Source: the human T2T-CHM13v2.0 reference genome, Homo sapiens
Direction: 5' to 3' (one strand)
DNA length: 64,000 bases
Assembly: GCF_009914755.1 (NCBI RefSeq)
Contig: NC_060929.1
Position 1 is the stretch's first letter; each line of letters starts with the position of its first letter. The notes beneath the pieces are model-generated. The model did not search any database and was not told the DNA's origin. It saw nothing but the letters and a program-made list of their open reading frames with translations. Below, piece after piece: positions 51,581 through 64,000 of the stretch. A program made the position numbers and the translations under genes.

Positions 51581-53339
51581 TCAAATTAAAATATGTATCT
51601 CTCCAGTCCATTCTCCACTTCTGCAGCATCATGTTTTTATTATTCATCTGAATGGGTTTGACTTTATCCAGTATTCAGTAATCCTTGATTGTCTTCTAGT
51701 TTGATCATAGAGAAACTGTCTGATGCTGAATTCTATGCAATTTCTTAAAACAACTTGATAATCAGTCATAGGTTTTAATTTAAAAGTCTATGTAAATCTT
51801 CCCTGCTCTGCAATGTTTAAAAACATTTAGTAACTACAGAGAAACATATATACTATCCAAACAACTTCATGATAATATTGAAAGGCCATTTACATTGCGT
51901 TTTTATTTTTTTCCTTTTTCTCAAAACCTTAAAAACTAAAACCTGGTTAAAGTGCAAATATCCATTTCTCTGTGAGTATACTGGTATAGTATTATAATTA
52001 GATATCAAAAAGGTTTAGTTATACTTTTGTCAAAATCCTGGTAGTTTTTTTTTTTTTGGAAAAGGAATGTAAAATATAATTACCTACTCCCAATACAGAT
52101 AATATATGCACATCTAAAACATACATGTGCACATACACCCATAATCATGCACAGACATACCTATGCACATTAAAAGGTAAATTTAAATTTTAAGCTGGTA
52201 TAGTTCTGCAAAAGGTTGTCTAAGTTTTTCTCTGTGCATTCTGTTATCTCAAGCGAATATATCCGTTTAAGTTGGCCACTTACGATGGCATATTTCTTCC
52301 ATTACATATCCTGTGTAGACAAGTAAAAATGCAAATGCTTCTTCTATAATTATGAATTTCAATCAAATCTCCTTTTTTAGGTATTAATTTTTCTACAGTG
52401 AATTATGAAGTCCCAATTACTCATATTGCCCTTACTACATACATTAGTCCCACATTACACAAACATAAATAATATTATAATAAACTACTAAACAAATTTC
52501 ATTATAGTAAAATCCATGATTAAATCAAATACCAGTAACTACATATTATAAAAATAGGGCGTTTATGTATCTTGTAGCCCTTCTTGACTATGAGCTGATC
52601 AAAAGTGGAAATTTATTTTATTTACTTTTTTTTTCAAACCCAGTACCAATTCTTTGCCTTCCATAAAAGATGATAGTTACTTAATGATGACTTTTGATAA
52701 AGTGTAGTTTAGTAAATCGTACATTCATTAGAATTTTGTGAAAATTGCTTAAGGAATCAGGAATCAAAAAAGATTTATTATCACCTTAGAAAAGCTATTT
52801 AATGATTGAAGCTTCATGTTCCTCCTCTGTAAAGAACAAAAATAATATTAACTGTGATTAAATTACCTAATGAATATTGATAGGTTTTAGAGATGTGACA
52901 TAAAATTTTTGCATATTATTGATATCAATAAAACTATGATGCTAAAAACATTGCTAACTCACAGCTATAGACAGGAAGGGTTCTAAATTTCTCTGTAGGA
53001 CATTTGCAAATACAATTTTTGTTATTTTAATTCATTGAAACAGAAGACTAGAAACCTGTTTGTTTCTGGTTTCTTTCAACTCTGTGGATTTTGAGTTTTA
53101 ATTTTGTAAAGCAAAGTCAAAGATTACTTACTCTGATTTGATTTTCAGTTCATTTGTAGAAAATGCATTTTTCAATGAAAACAATTATTTTGAAATATTA
53201 AAATTAGTATATCCAATAAAATGAAAAGAACAGAATCTAAAAATATTTTTAAAATATGTATCATCTACCTAAATTGCTATGAGTACTCTAAGTTCTATAC
53301 AATTTTGCTTAGAAAGCTGTACTTCAATTTTCTTTATCA

Positions 53340-53525
<186 letters not shown>

Positions 53526-54079
53526 TAAATTTTAAGTTAAATTGAGTTAAATTTAATAACTAGATAATTTCAATTATACAATCATCACTACATTTGCAAA
53601 TACATCTTTTCTACAGTATTTAAAATTATCTGTTTTAAATAATACAGACGATTTTTTCTTCTTAATCCTCCAGAGTAATATATTGCATAATACATTTAAA
53701 TATAATTGGCCTGAAATTTTTAAATTTCTTCTGATGGAAAAGATATGTAACTAACTTAAATATTTCCAGCAGAAATATGACAAAGACTATTGCAATAATC
53801 TTATCCAGATTTTGCATAGTTATGTTTTAAAAATCTGAGGTAAATTTAGGAATATTTTGATTTATTTTTTCCTTTACTTTCAAATATATCAGCTTTATTT
53901 TCATATGTAATCAGAGTGCTTTGAGAGCTCATATCTTCAGGTGACGATAATACCTTAATTCTGAGGCTTGCTAAAATACAATATACTTTGCTCACTAGGA
54001 GAAACCACTCTTAGTAGCATCATATTTTTTCTTATGGATACTTTCCTCCCTTTCAATATCTTGGAATATTTAAATGGCT

Positions 54080-55370
54080 CTTACGTCTACCAGTAGTAGT
54101 AGTGGAAATCAGAAGTGATCAAAATTCTTGTTATATTTTGAGGGCTGGGTAAAAGAATTTGCTAATGGGCTGAACATGGGATATGTAAAAAAGAGAAGTG
54201 TTTTGAATGAATCTAAGGCCCTATTAAATAAAGAGATGAGATGTCAAGTCTTTATATATAAAAATAATGCAAGAAGAACAATTTAGGAACTGGGAAGAAC
54301 AGGATATGTATAATCATGATGTCATCTTTCATAGAGAAAAATACTTTTTCATGTCTACTAGAGATAGAATGAAAATACTTCATAGAGGATTGTTTAATAA
54401 TTTTATAAAATGTTCAAGGGATGTCAAGTAAGTTATTTTTATGGAACTGGAATTCAGGAAAAACATCTGGTTGGTCTGGTCTATACATTTTGAAATCATT
54501 AGCAGTTAGGTGATACTGAAAATTCTGAGACTCGATTAGACAACTTACAAAGTGAGTATAGATAAAGAAGAGAAGAATCATTAGAGAAGGTCCTGTGAGG
54601 GTAAAAAGATGGGGAGAAAATGGAAAAGAAGACTAAAAGGGTAGTTATAATCTGGAGAATAACAAAGGAGAATGTGTTCTGCTGCTATGCAAATGAAACG
54701 TTGATTTAGAAGAGAAAAATCCAACTGTATTAAATGAAATTGAATAGTCAAATACAACCTTCTCCTACTTCCGATTTCAGCTGCTCACTTCTATGGTCAT
54801 ACCTTAGCCTTGTCATTAATAATACGGAAATCCTTCAATTATCTAAATATTATCTCCCTTTTTCATGCCAACTTCTCAGTTTCCACCTTATTGCTTCTAT
54901 TATCCCAATTTAACTTTCCTTCAATGATACTAGGACTCATAAGCCATTAGTTTTATCACCTATTTAATGTATCACAGTCTCATATTCCTTTATATAACAT
55001 TGATTATGTGGTTAATCTTATAATTATTCCCCTACCAATACCAACTTCCCTGTCCTACCTTGTGTATTGCTACATTGTATCTCTGGTTGAATTCAACTAT
55101 ATGCCTGTCTCATGCTTGTGCCCTCAGTGCTGAACATGGCTGGAGAGGCACAAAGGACAGCAGAGACACTTGGCTGTCACTCCTCACTGGTCAGTTACTT
55201 CACAACATATGCAGACCGCTTAGGGCCCAGAATTTGTGCATTGCCTTAGGAAATTCACTCTCCTTTCTCCTGAAGATATGTAACAAGATCTGTCATATGT
55301 CTTAATCCTACATTGCCTTCTCTTCCTACTTAATTGGGAAATAATGATAAGCTTTCTTCTGTGTTCAATG
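54080..55370. mobile_element. L2 fragments (purine-rich minus piece, then pyrimidine-rich plus piece)
   Basis: gtagtggaaatcagaagtgatcaaaattcttgttatattttgag and ggtcataccttagccttgtcatta motifs. Confidence 0.5.
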
Positions 55371-55479
55371 AGAAACTAGGAAACAAGAAAGCCATAGTAT
55401 TATCCAGTGTCACCAAAGTTAAACAGGTTTCTTCCAGAGTATAAGCCACTGAACTTCTCTTTTTTATTTTTATTTATTT

Positions 55480-55790
55480 TTTTTAGAGCATTAACTTTAG
55501 AAAGCTTGTACTAGTAAATCCTTTCTCTGCCCATTTGAGATGTAAATCTTTTTTAAAAGCCTCTAACCAGTTCCAAACCCAGGAATGTCTTTCTCAAGGA
55601 CCTGGGATCCATCTCTTGGAAATGTAATCATCAAGGAAGATAGAGCCCCTACCTCCCAGCCTCTGTGGGAGAAGAGAAGCCTAATTTCAGCAGGGGTGGC
55701 TTGCTCCAAGCTGTTAAACTACTCCCTGTCACGAGGATAGAAGAAAATTTACTTATCTTTTTTGGCAAAGCTAATGGAGAAACGTGAGGG
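55480..55790 (+). mobile_element. MER31/MER34-like LTR fragment
   Basis: cccaggaatgtctttctcaaggacctgggatccatctcttggaaatgtaatcatcaagg. Confidence 0.55.
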
Positions 55791-57394
55791 GCCTGGTGAT
55801 GGTTATTACTACATCTCTGAAGCTAGGAACTATTGGAACGCAGATGCCCAAGTCAGAAGCTCAAATTCTCTCTCCAGGACTGCCACCACACATTTCTGAA
55901 GGGCCACTACAAGTCAGAAAAAATATATAAAAAAGAGTAGGAAAAGTCATTTTCTCTCAGATTGGGAGTCAGATCTCTCAATCTGAAGGTAAGTCAGTTG
56001 AAGAGAGAACCTGAGAAATGTGATCTTCAGGCTTACCACTGTGGGGCGCATAGCATGCTAGAAAAAAGTAAGTATGAGGTTTAGAAGTGGAGAAATATAC
56101 ACTTTCCAAAATAGCCTCTGGATATTTAGTATTTAACCACATTTAAATGTACCCTTCTATGCATAAATAAACTTCTGTACCAGAAGAGCAAAAACATTAT
56201 GCATCTACGTAACAGGAAGCAACTGTCTTTGTGAAAAAACAAGGACACACTTAACTTGCCCTCCAAAGTTGAGACAAAATACCTCAAGAGACCCTGTGTT
56301 CATTTCTGGTTATGTTAAATACCCCTCCTCTTCTAGTTCGTTCCTCATATAACCTGCATATTCTGTAACATAAAGGGAAATTACAGAAATGATCACAATC
56401 GTTGATATATACGGCGCGATTGTGTAATTTGTCTTTGAACGCTTTTGAGAGTGAAAGGATATAATAACTACTCCTGGATAACAAGCAGTAACTAGCAATT
56501 TTCTGGGCAAACAGGTATCTGTACTGCACTCTTTATATAAAATCATTTTAAAATGGGAAAGAAAAATTTGATTATATGTTTAAGTTTATTACAAATATGA
56601 AAGGAAATTTACATAGAATTGACTATTTTTATATAAATGGCCATATTTGATCTTTATCACTTTTCTCTTCCATTATGTTGTATTATTCTCAGCAAGTACA
56701 TCAGTAAATTGTTACTTACATAATGGGGCAATTCAAATTTTAGTTTTGCAGGATATGAGACATTGTTGCTATTAGATTTATAAGGTTACTGTAATCCTAA
56801 GAGTACTAAAGATCCCTCAAGAGGATGCCCTGAGTTCCAGACAGATTCTTTATGTGCATTTCTCCTGATAAACACATTTAATTATACCAGGGTTTACAGG
56901 AATCCCTTAATTTCCTGTTGGCTCAGTATCAAAATGGTCAAATATTACATTATAACCGTAAAGAATCATTGTGAGCTTTGAAATAAATCTTTCTTTGGAA
57001 TTAAAATATCAAAACCACTAAAATTCAAAATATTAGGGAAAGATTTAAATGAAGGTACTGTTACGTATAATAACATAAGGCATTCCCACTTAGATTTTAA
57101 TTTCATGTATTCTGGCTTTGAGAAAAGCCATGCCAAATGTTGCTCTCTAACTTAAATAATTGATTATGTTCTTGGGGTAACAACTGAAATTTCTGCATTT
57201 CACATAGCTGCAAAATGATTTTCTTGTTAGAAAGCAATGTTGTATAGGACAGGATAAGAGTGAATTGCAGGAATTCTGAGAAGATGGTGGCAATATAGAT
57301 GGAAATGTTTAATCTTCCCGGACAAAGCAACTGGAATAATAATTAAAAAAAACTACACGGACAACATTTGCAACAAACGAACAAACAACTAGGT

Positions 57395-57933
57395 CTGTTT
57401 CAGTTATATATTGCTGCAAAACAAATCACCTTACATATAAATGCCTTAAAACACACTTTGTATTATCCCTCACAACTTCACAGGTCAAAAATTTGGGGAG
57501 GGCTCAAGTTAGTAATTCCACTGTATGTTGCATTGACTGAGGTCTCTTAGTGATATTCGACTGGCAGCTGGTCTGATCTGAAGGGCCAAACACATCATCC
57601 CTTACATACCTGTGACCTTAAAAGGAAGGGCTGAAATACTGAGGTCAGCTTGAACTATCAGTTAGTTGACCTACTCAAGGACTGTCCTTCATATTATCAA
57701 AAGGGAGAAAGATTTCCTATGTGATAGCTCCAGGCTTACAGATGAGCATTGCAAGAGAAAGAAAATAAAAGCTAGTAGTGTCTTGAGGAATGGTATGGTG
57801 TCATTTGCACCATCTGCTATTTATTTGTCTGAACACTCATGAGGACCTCCCGAGTTCAAGGTACAGAGCATAGACCTCATCTTTTGACAGAAAAAAAAAT
57901 GTTAAGAAGTGACAGCCATATTTAATCTGCCAC
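57395..57933 (-). mobile_element. MLT1H/F-like MaLR LTR
   Basis: tgtttcagttatatattgctgcaaaacaaatcacc...gccatatttaatctgccaca. Confidence 0.7.
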
Positions 57934-58259
57934 ACTAGGTGACAACACATGCTAATAAATGCCAAAATATGAGCAGGTAAGAATAAAACAAAACCAAGAC
58001 AATTATTGCATTGTTACGTTAAAAGAAACAGGAAAGGCAGAAGTGCTTGTGATGTCCCAGAGAAAGAGAACCCCCAAAGTGCTGTTGCAGTGTCACTGGA
58101 AATTTTGGAAGCAGAAATTGGGAAGGCAAACTGCAGACTGGAACAAAACTCCTACTCTTCTCCCCTAATTTAGCTCCTCTTAAGAAAGAGGAGATTCTTC
58201 TCTCTAAAAGGCACCACCACCATTCTTGTTTCTCTTTCTGCCTCCCATCAATCAACTCG

Positions 58260-59305
58260 CACACATCCCATTTGTTCTACCTTCAAAGTACATCCAAAGT
58301 CTGACTGCCTCCCTTCACCTTCCATTATTTCACACCTCTGATTTCAATACATTTCGTATTTACCTTCCCAGCTTCTTCCTTTGACTTTTTATTACAGACC
58401 ACACTCAACTCCTAAAGTGTTTGTCAATAATCCTTTCAAAACACAATTCAGATCTGGATTTTGTAGTAAGCAGGATTAATATTCCTTTGAAAGGCAAATC
58501 AGGTATTTCTTCATTACCCTGCTGAAAACTCTTCCAGTACCTCCCATCATCCTTAGTAAATGCATCTCTTGAATATGAATGGCCTCTAAGCCCTATCAAA
58601 TCTGGTTCCTTTCAGTCCTCCAGGACTCTTCCTGTACTGTTCTCTCCTGAGCTCACTGGGATAAAACATAGAGCTCCTGCTGCTTCTAGAGCCTGCCTCA
58701 CCTGAGCCCATCCAAGGCCACTATGCTTTGCTGTTCCAGCTGGCTGGAATCTCTTCTCTCCTATGTGCACCTGGTTCTTTCCTCAACATTTTCAAGTATT
58801 ATCTCAAATGTTACTTTGTCAGTATATGAATCTTTGGCTACCCTAATTACATTTGTAATCCCCTTCTGGCCCAGCAATTCCTAATTTTACTTTTAAGTAA
58901 TTTAGCATGGTATGTATTCAACTTATTTTGTTTATTTTCTAACGTTTCACACTAAAATGTAAACACCATGAAGTCAGGGCTACAGGAATTTAGTAATCTT
59001 AAGTAATTTAGCATGGTATGTATTCAACTTATTTTGTTTATTTTCTAACATTTCACACTAAAATGTAAACACCATGAAGTCAGGGCTACAGGAATTTAGT
59101 AATCTTAAGTAATTTAGCATGGTATGTATTCAACTTATTGTGTTTATTTTCTAACATTTCACACTAAAGTGTAAACACCATGAAGTCAGGGCTACAGGAA
59201 TTTTTATGTTTTGCTCATCACTCCAAGTACAGTGACTGGAATAGCATCTGGTACATCAGAGATAACGTTGAGTAAACTTGTGGAGGGATGAATCAATTAA
59301 TGAAT
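58260..59305 (+). mobile_element. L2 3' portion (contains the 106-bp triplication)
   Basis: ttctaccttcaaagtacatcc, gctgaaaactcttccagt, ggaatagcatctggtacatc..gatgaatcaattaatgaatg tail. Confidence 0.7.
58893..59203. repeat. 106-bp tandem repeat x3
   Basis: aagtaatttagcatggtatg at 58895, 59001 and 59107; copies nearly identical. Confidence 0.95.
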
Positions 59306-59519
59306 GGCAAGACCCCACTGTAATCGTAATAACATTAGGGGATATCTACTTCTCATTTCATATATTTCCAAGAATCTGTTTAGAAGTAAACAGATTCTGT
59401 TTAGAAGTAAAAATTCTAAACAGATTCTTGGAAATACATGAAATGAGAAGTAGATATCCCCTAATGTTATTACGATTACAGTGGGTTCTTCTCATTCATT
59501 AATTGATTCATTCCTCCAC
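59280..59519. repeat. Long inverted repeat: 106-bp arms, 28-bp spacer
   Basis: 59280-59385 versus the reverse complement of 59414-59519; 5 mismatches by my manual count. Confidence 0.95.
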
Positions 59520-59794
59520 GCCAGGCACGGTGGCTCATGCCTGTAATCCCAGCACTTTGGGAGGCAGAGGCGGGCGGATCACGAGGTCAGGAGATCGAGA
59601 CCATCCTGGCTAACACGGTGAAACCCAGTCTCTACTAAAAATACAAAAAATTAGCCAGGCGTGGTGGCAGGTGCCTGTAGTCCCAGCTACTCGGGAAGCT
59701 GAGGCAGGAGAATCGCTTGAATCGGGAGGCGAATGTTGCAGTGAGCCGAGATCACGCCACTGCACTCCAGCCTGGGCGACAGAGCGAGACTCCA

Positions 59795-59826
<32 letters not shown>
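59520..59826 (+). mobile_element. Alu (AluSc8/AluY-like)
   Basis: gaggtcaggagatcgagaccatcctggctaacacggtg; long A tail; no TSD found. Confidence 0.93.
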
Positions 59827-59949
59827 GAACTTTTAGCAATAGTTGTTCTCAGTTTTGAACTTTCATGATAATGTAGAATTATTTTCTAAGAAGAATGTTT
59901 TAATCATTGTAATTCATATCTATAGTCTGCAAAATTTTCAACTAACCCT

Positions 59950-60702
<753 letters not shown>

Positions 60703-61416
60703 CCTTACATGAAGCATAGAATTTGATGTATTTAGGGATGGTATGTTACAGATATGTTACTAATATTACTGATTTTTCTGGGTTTTATGAAACCATGATG
60801 ACCAGTTGCTGCCATTTTAAAAGCCTAGGAAAGTGACCATAATTCAGAGAGTTTCCAATTTATGTTATCTCCAAATTTTGCTGATATATTGTTGGTTATA
60901 CATAGGCAAAGTTAAAACATTCGTTCAGAAATAACCATTGTCATTATTTATTGAGTGTTTGTTCACTGAATAGTCTGACATTTTCCTTCATAGAAAAGTA
61001 GTGATTTGCCATCTTGCTCAAGCATAACTTTGCTTTGTGATTTTGTGACAATTTAGCTTAAAAGTTACTGAGTTTTAATTAGGCTAATAGCTTAAAATTA
61101 TTGTTTTGATTACTATATAAATTTATTCAAAACTACTATAGTATCCTGATTAAAAAGAAGAGATTCTGATTGAAAAGATTGGAAAAGAAAGTCAAATATC
61201 AAAACTTTTTGTAATTTTAATTGTTTTTAGTTTTTGTAGGTACTGATTAAATACCAAAACTTGTAGCACCAATACTCATATTTAAATTTACATTTATGCA
61301 TGTAATACAGTCTAATTTCTTGCCTAGTCCAGGTTCCTAAGTTGATTCTTGGTAATGAAGTCAACTTTTTCTAGGTATACTCTCTAATGGAAATCATTAA
61401 ATACCCTTAATAGGAG

Positions 61417-61420
61417 TGTA

Positions 61421-61455
<35 letters not shown>

Positions 61456-61472
61456 CCATGCATGTGTGTGTA
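61417..61472. repeat. (TG)n microsatellite
   Basis: Direct reading, about 14 perfect TG units. Confidence 0.9.
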
Positions 61473-62061
61473 CATGTATTTCATGTGAATGATTTTTCAA
61501 AATGTGCAATCAGATTTTATTAATAAGCACTTCATATTAAAACAATGTATTTTGATAAAACAATGCATTTAATCATGAATAAAAGTGTTCTTTCTACACC
61601 TTTAATACATGACTGCACATACTAACATTTGCTTCCTAATTTTTATAATATTTGAAACCAGAAAGGGTTACCATTTTTAAGAAAATGAAAACTGTAACCC
61701 TCAATTGTCTCTTAATATTTATGTATAGCTTCAAATTAAGAAACTGAGGATTTTCGTCATGCTTTCATGGATTTTGGAAGCTGGTCATTCTTGCTCAGTT
61801 TGCCCTTTGATAGTTAGTAGAACTGCAAATTTAAGTAAGTCATTTGCATTTATGTATATTGAGGTTTTCCATTATAAAAAGGGCATAATTGTAAAAAGTG
61901 AAAAAATGTATATCAAGAACTTGGCAAAGTATGTGGTAAAAATAAACACACAATAAATAGTGACAACAGTTATTTTTGAGTGAATGTTTTAACTTCTAGT
62001 TGGAGGGTGTTTATCAATTGTATATTCTTTTTTTTTTTTTTTGCATTTTACACCTGTGTGA

Positions 62062-62389
62062 CTTTTATTTTATTTTATTTTTAGTTCCAGGATACATGTG
62101 CAGGATGTGCAAGTTTGCTACATGGGTAAATATGTGCCATGGCAGTTTGCTGCATCTATTAACCCATTACCTAGGTATTAAGCCCGGTAAGCATTTTTTT
62201 TTTCCTGATGCTCTCCCTCCCCATCCCCACCACTGACAGACCCCAGTGTGTGTTGTTCCCCTCTCTGTATCCACGTATTCTCATTGTTCAGCTCCCACCT
62301 ATAAGTGAGAACATGTGGTGTTTGGTTTTCTGTTCCTGTGTTAGTTTGCTGAGGATAATGGCTTCCAGCTCCATCTATGTCCCTGCAAA
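62062..62389 (-). mobile_element. L1PA (about PA8-11) 3' end
   Basis: gttccaggatacatgtgcaggatgtgc...gtgagaacatgtggtgtttgg...ccctgcaaa. Confidence 0.9.
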
Positions 62390-62874
62390 AGTTGAAGTGT
62401 GCAATAAGACCATACATTGTGCTGTGAAATATATTTTATATTTTTAAATACTTTAATATATGCATTGTTTTATATAGTTTCAAATTATCTAAATGCATTC
62501 CTTGTTTGATTTGCCAATAATTGAGAACAAGCAAATGAGGCAAATTAATATCTTTTGAAGTTGAGTGAAGTAATAGAACTCCATAGAGACTTAATTCTAA
62601 TATGACTATAAAAATATATTTTACTAAGAATTATTTAGTTTTCTTACAATGATGTAAAGAAGAAAAACAATTAAGTTTGATCTAAAAACAACCATTAGTG
62701 CTCCAAACCCAAAATAGTAGTAAAAATAACAGTTATTATTGTATTGTTATTATAAAAGAAATATCAAATTCAGGATGCACTCAAATTCGATAAAGTAGAG
62801 CCCCCTATTTATATGTTCTAGAGAAGAGTAAAATGTTATTAAACTCAATGGAGCATTTCTGAAAGGTGTAGACT

Positions 62875-63080
62875 AACAACTATCAACCAGATAAAATTTT
62901 GCTTGCCACAGGGCATTTGGAAATATCTAAAGACTTTTTCGATTGTCAACTAAGAGTGGGAGTTCTACTGTGATCTAGCAGATGGAGTCCAGGGCTGTTG
63001 CTCAGCATCCTACAATTACAGGATAACCTCTCACAACAAAGAATTATTCTACAAAATTTAATACTGTCAAGGTTCCTGAT
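62875..63080 (+). mobile_element. MER20 hAT-Charlie element
   Basis: agggcatttggaaatatct..gctgttgctcagcatcctacaattacaggata..cacaacaaagaattat. Confidence 0.72.
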
Positions 63081-64000
63081 GTATAGAAACTTGAAAAGAA
63101 CATGAAATTTTAAAAAAGAAACCTGTTGAACTGCTATGAGAAGGACATAGCCAGTGCTACTCAAGACCTGAAATATCCAAAAGCCAAAGCAAGCCAATGT
63201 TGTAGGCAGTGCATGGGAGAAGTTGCTGTTGTTGATGTTCCTCTTGTCCTTTTTACACACGATCTTTGAAAGCATCCATAGCATCCTCAGGTCTGGCATT
63301 TTCTAAATGGCGAGACTCCTGAAAGAGAGGACACTTTCCCAATAGAGCAGGTTTCATAGGTTAAGCGAATTCTGAACCCTGCTGTGGCCTAAAGTGAAAA
63401 TGCCTGATTAGAAGAGTGTGTCACAGCCATGCTTAATCTCACTAGATCATCCCAGTGTGAGCATTCCATGGTTGATAGAAAAGATGACAATTAAGATGAT
63501 GAAATATATAAAATAGGAATGAAAAGGGATTATTTTGAGATATCTCAGACACTAACTCAAAGTTTAGAGTGCAAATAGTTTATGTGGAAGTTAATCCCAG
63601 GATTCACTAGAAGGAAAATCGATAAAGTGTGACTACAAAGCCAGTAACCGCAGAACACCTGAAGCTAAATTCTTCTACAGAACACTATCCCACAAGTAAG
63701 AGCATATGCCATAGAGCTATCTCTAAATAGAGAATCAAGGCACTGAAGTTTTGGTATATGAATACTCATAAGTCAATGGATGAGGGCTGCTCTATTGGGA
63801 ATATTTTGCTGTACAGGGGGAAATCTTCCTATAGTCACTTTGCCTTATTGATCCTTGTTTCCTTTGGAATCATGCTGGAAGGTAACCACTGGTATGTTGC
63901 AGCTGGCCTGTATGGCTGTGAGGGAGGGCTAACTGTGCATCTCTTCCCAGTTCAGTGGTCAGGGGCATCATATAGGTGGCTTCAAATAAATCCTAAAGAA

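Noticed and set aside
56100-57000. Possible ERVL/MaLR internal remnant
   Set aside because: The resemblance is too weak to name a family or set boundaries without an alignment.
58893-59203. CRISPR-like array
   Set aside because: Eukaryotic DNA, contiguous units with no unique spacers, and no cas genes.

Overview
This is primate (very likely human) AT-rich non-coding genomic DNA, intergenic or deep-intronic. I find no credible cellular protein-coding exon; nearly all listed ORFs are repeat-derived or spurious. The window is a mosaic of L1, L2, Alu, MaLR/ERVL and ERV1 LTRs and hAT MITEs. The standout region is an 8-kb retroviral cluster at 11.3-19.2 kb: a HERV-W solo LTR17 (-), a MER61-like LTR (-) split by an ERV9 LTR12 (+), and a HERV-H provirus (-). 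The HERV-H keeps its 5' LTR7, tRNA-His PBS and splice donor but has lost env and its 3' LTR. LTR7 and LTR12 therefore face each other, and HERV-H RNA would need a foreign LTR's poly(A) site. Other notable structures are a 41-bp micro-inversion inside HERV-H, a 3'-deleted L1PA promoter/ORF1 fragment, a twin-primed L1, a pre-miRNA-sized hairpin near 39.3 kb, and a 3x106-bp tandem array next to a 240-bp near-perfect palindrome abutting an Alu near 59 kb. Repeat subfamily names come from remembered consensus sequences and need RepeatMasker/Dfam confirmation.
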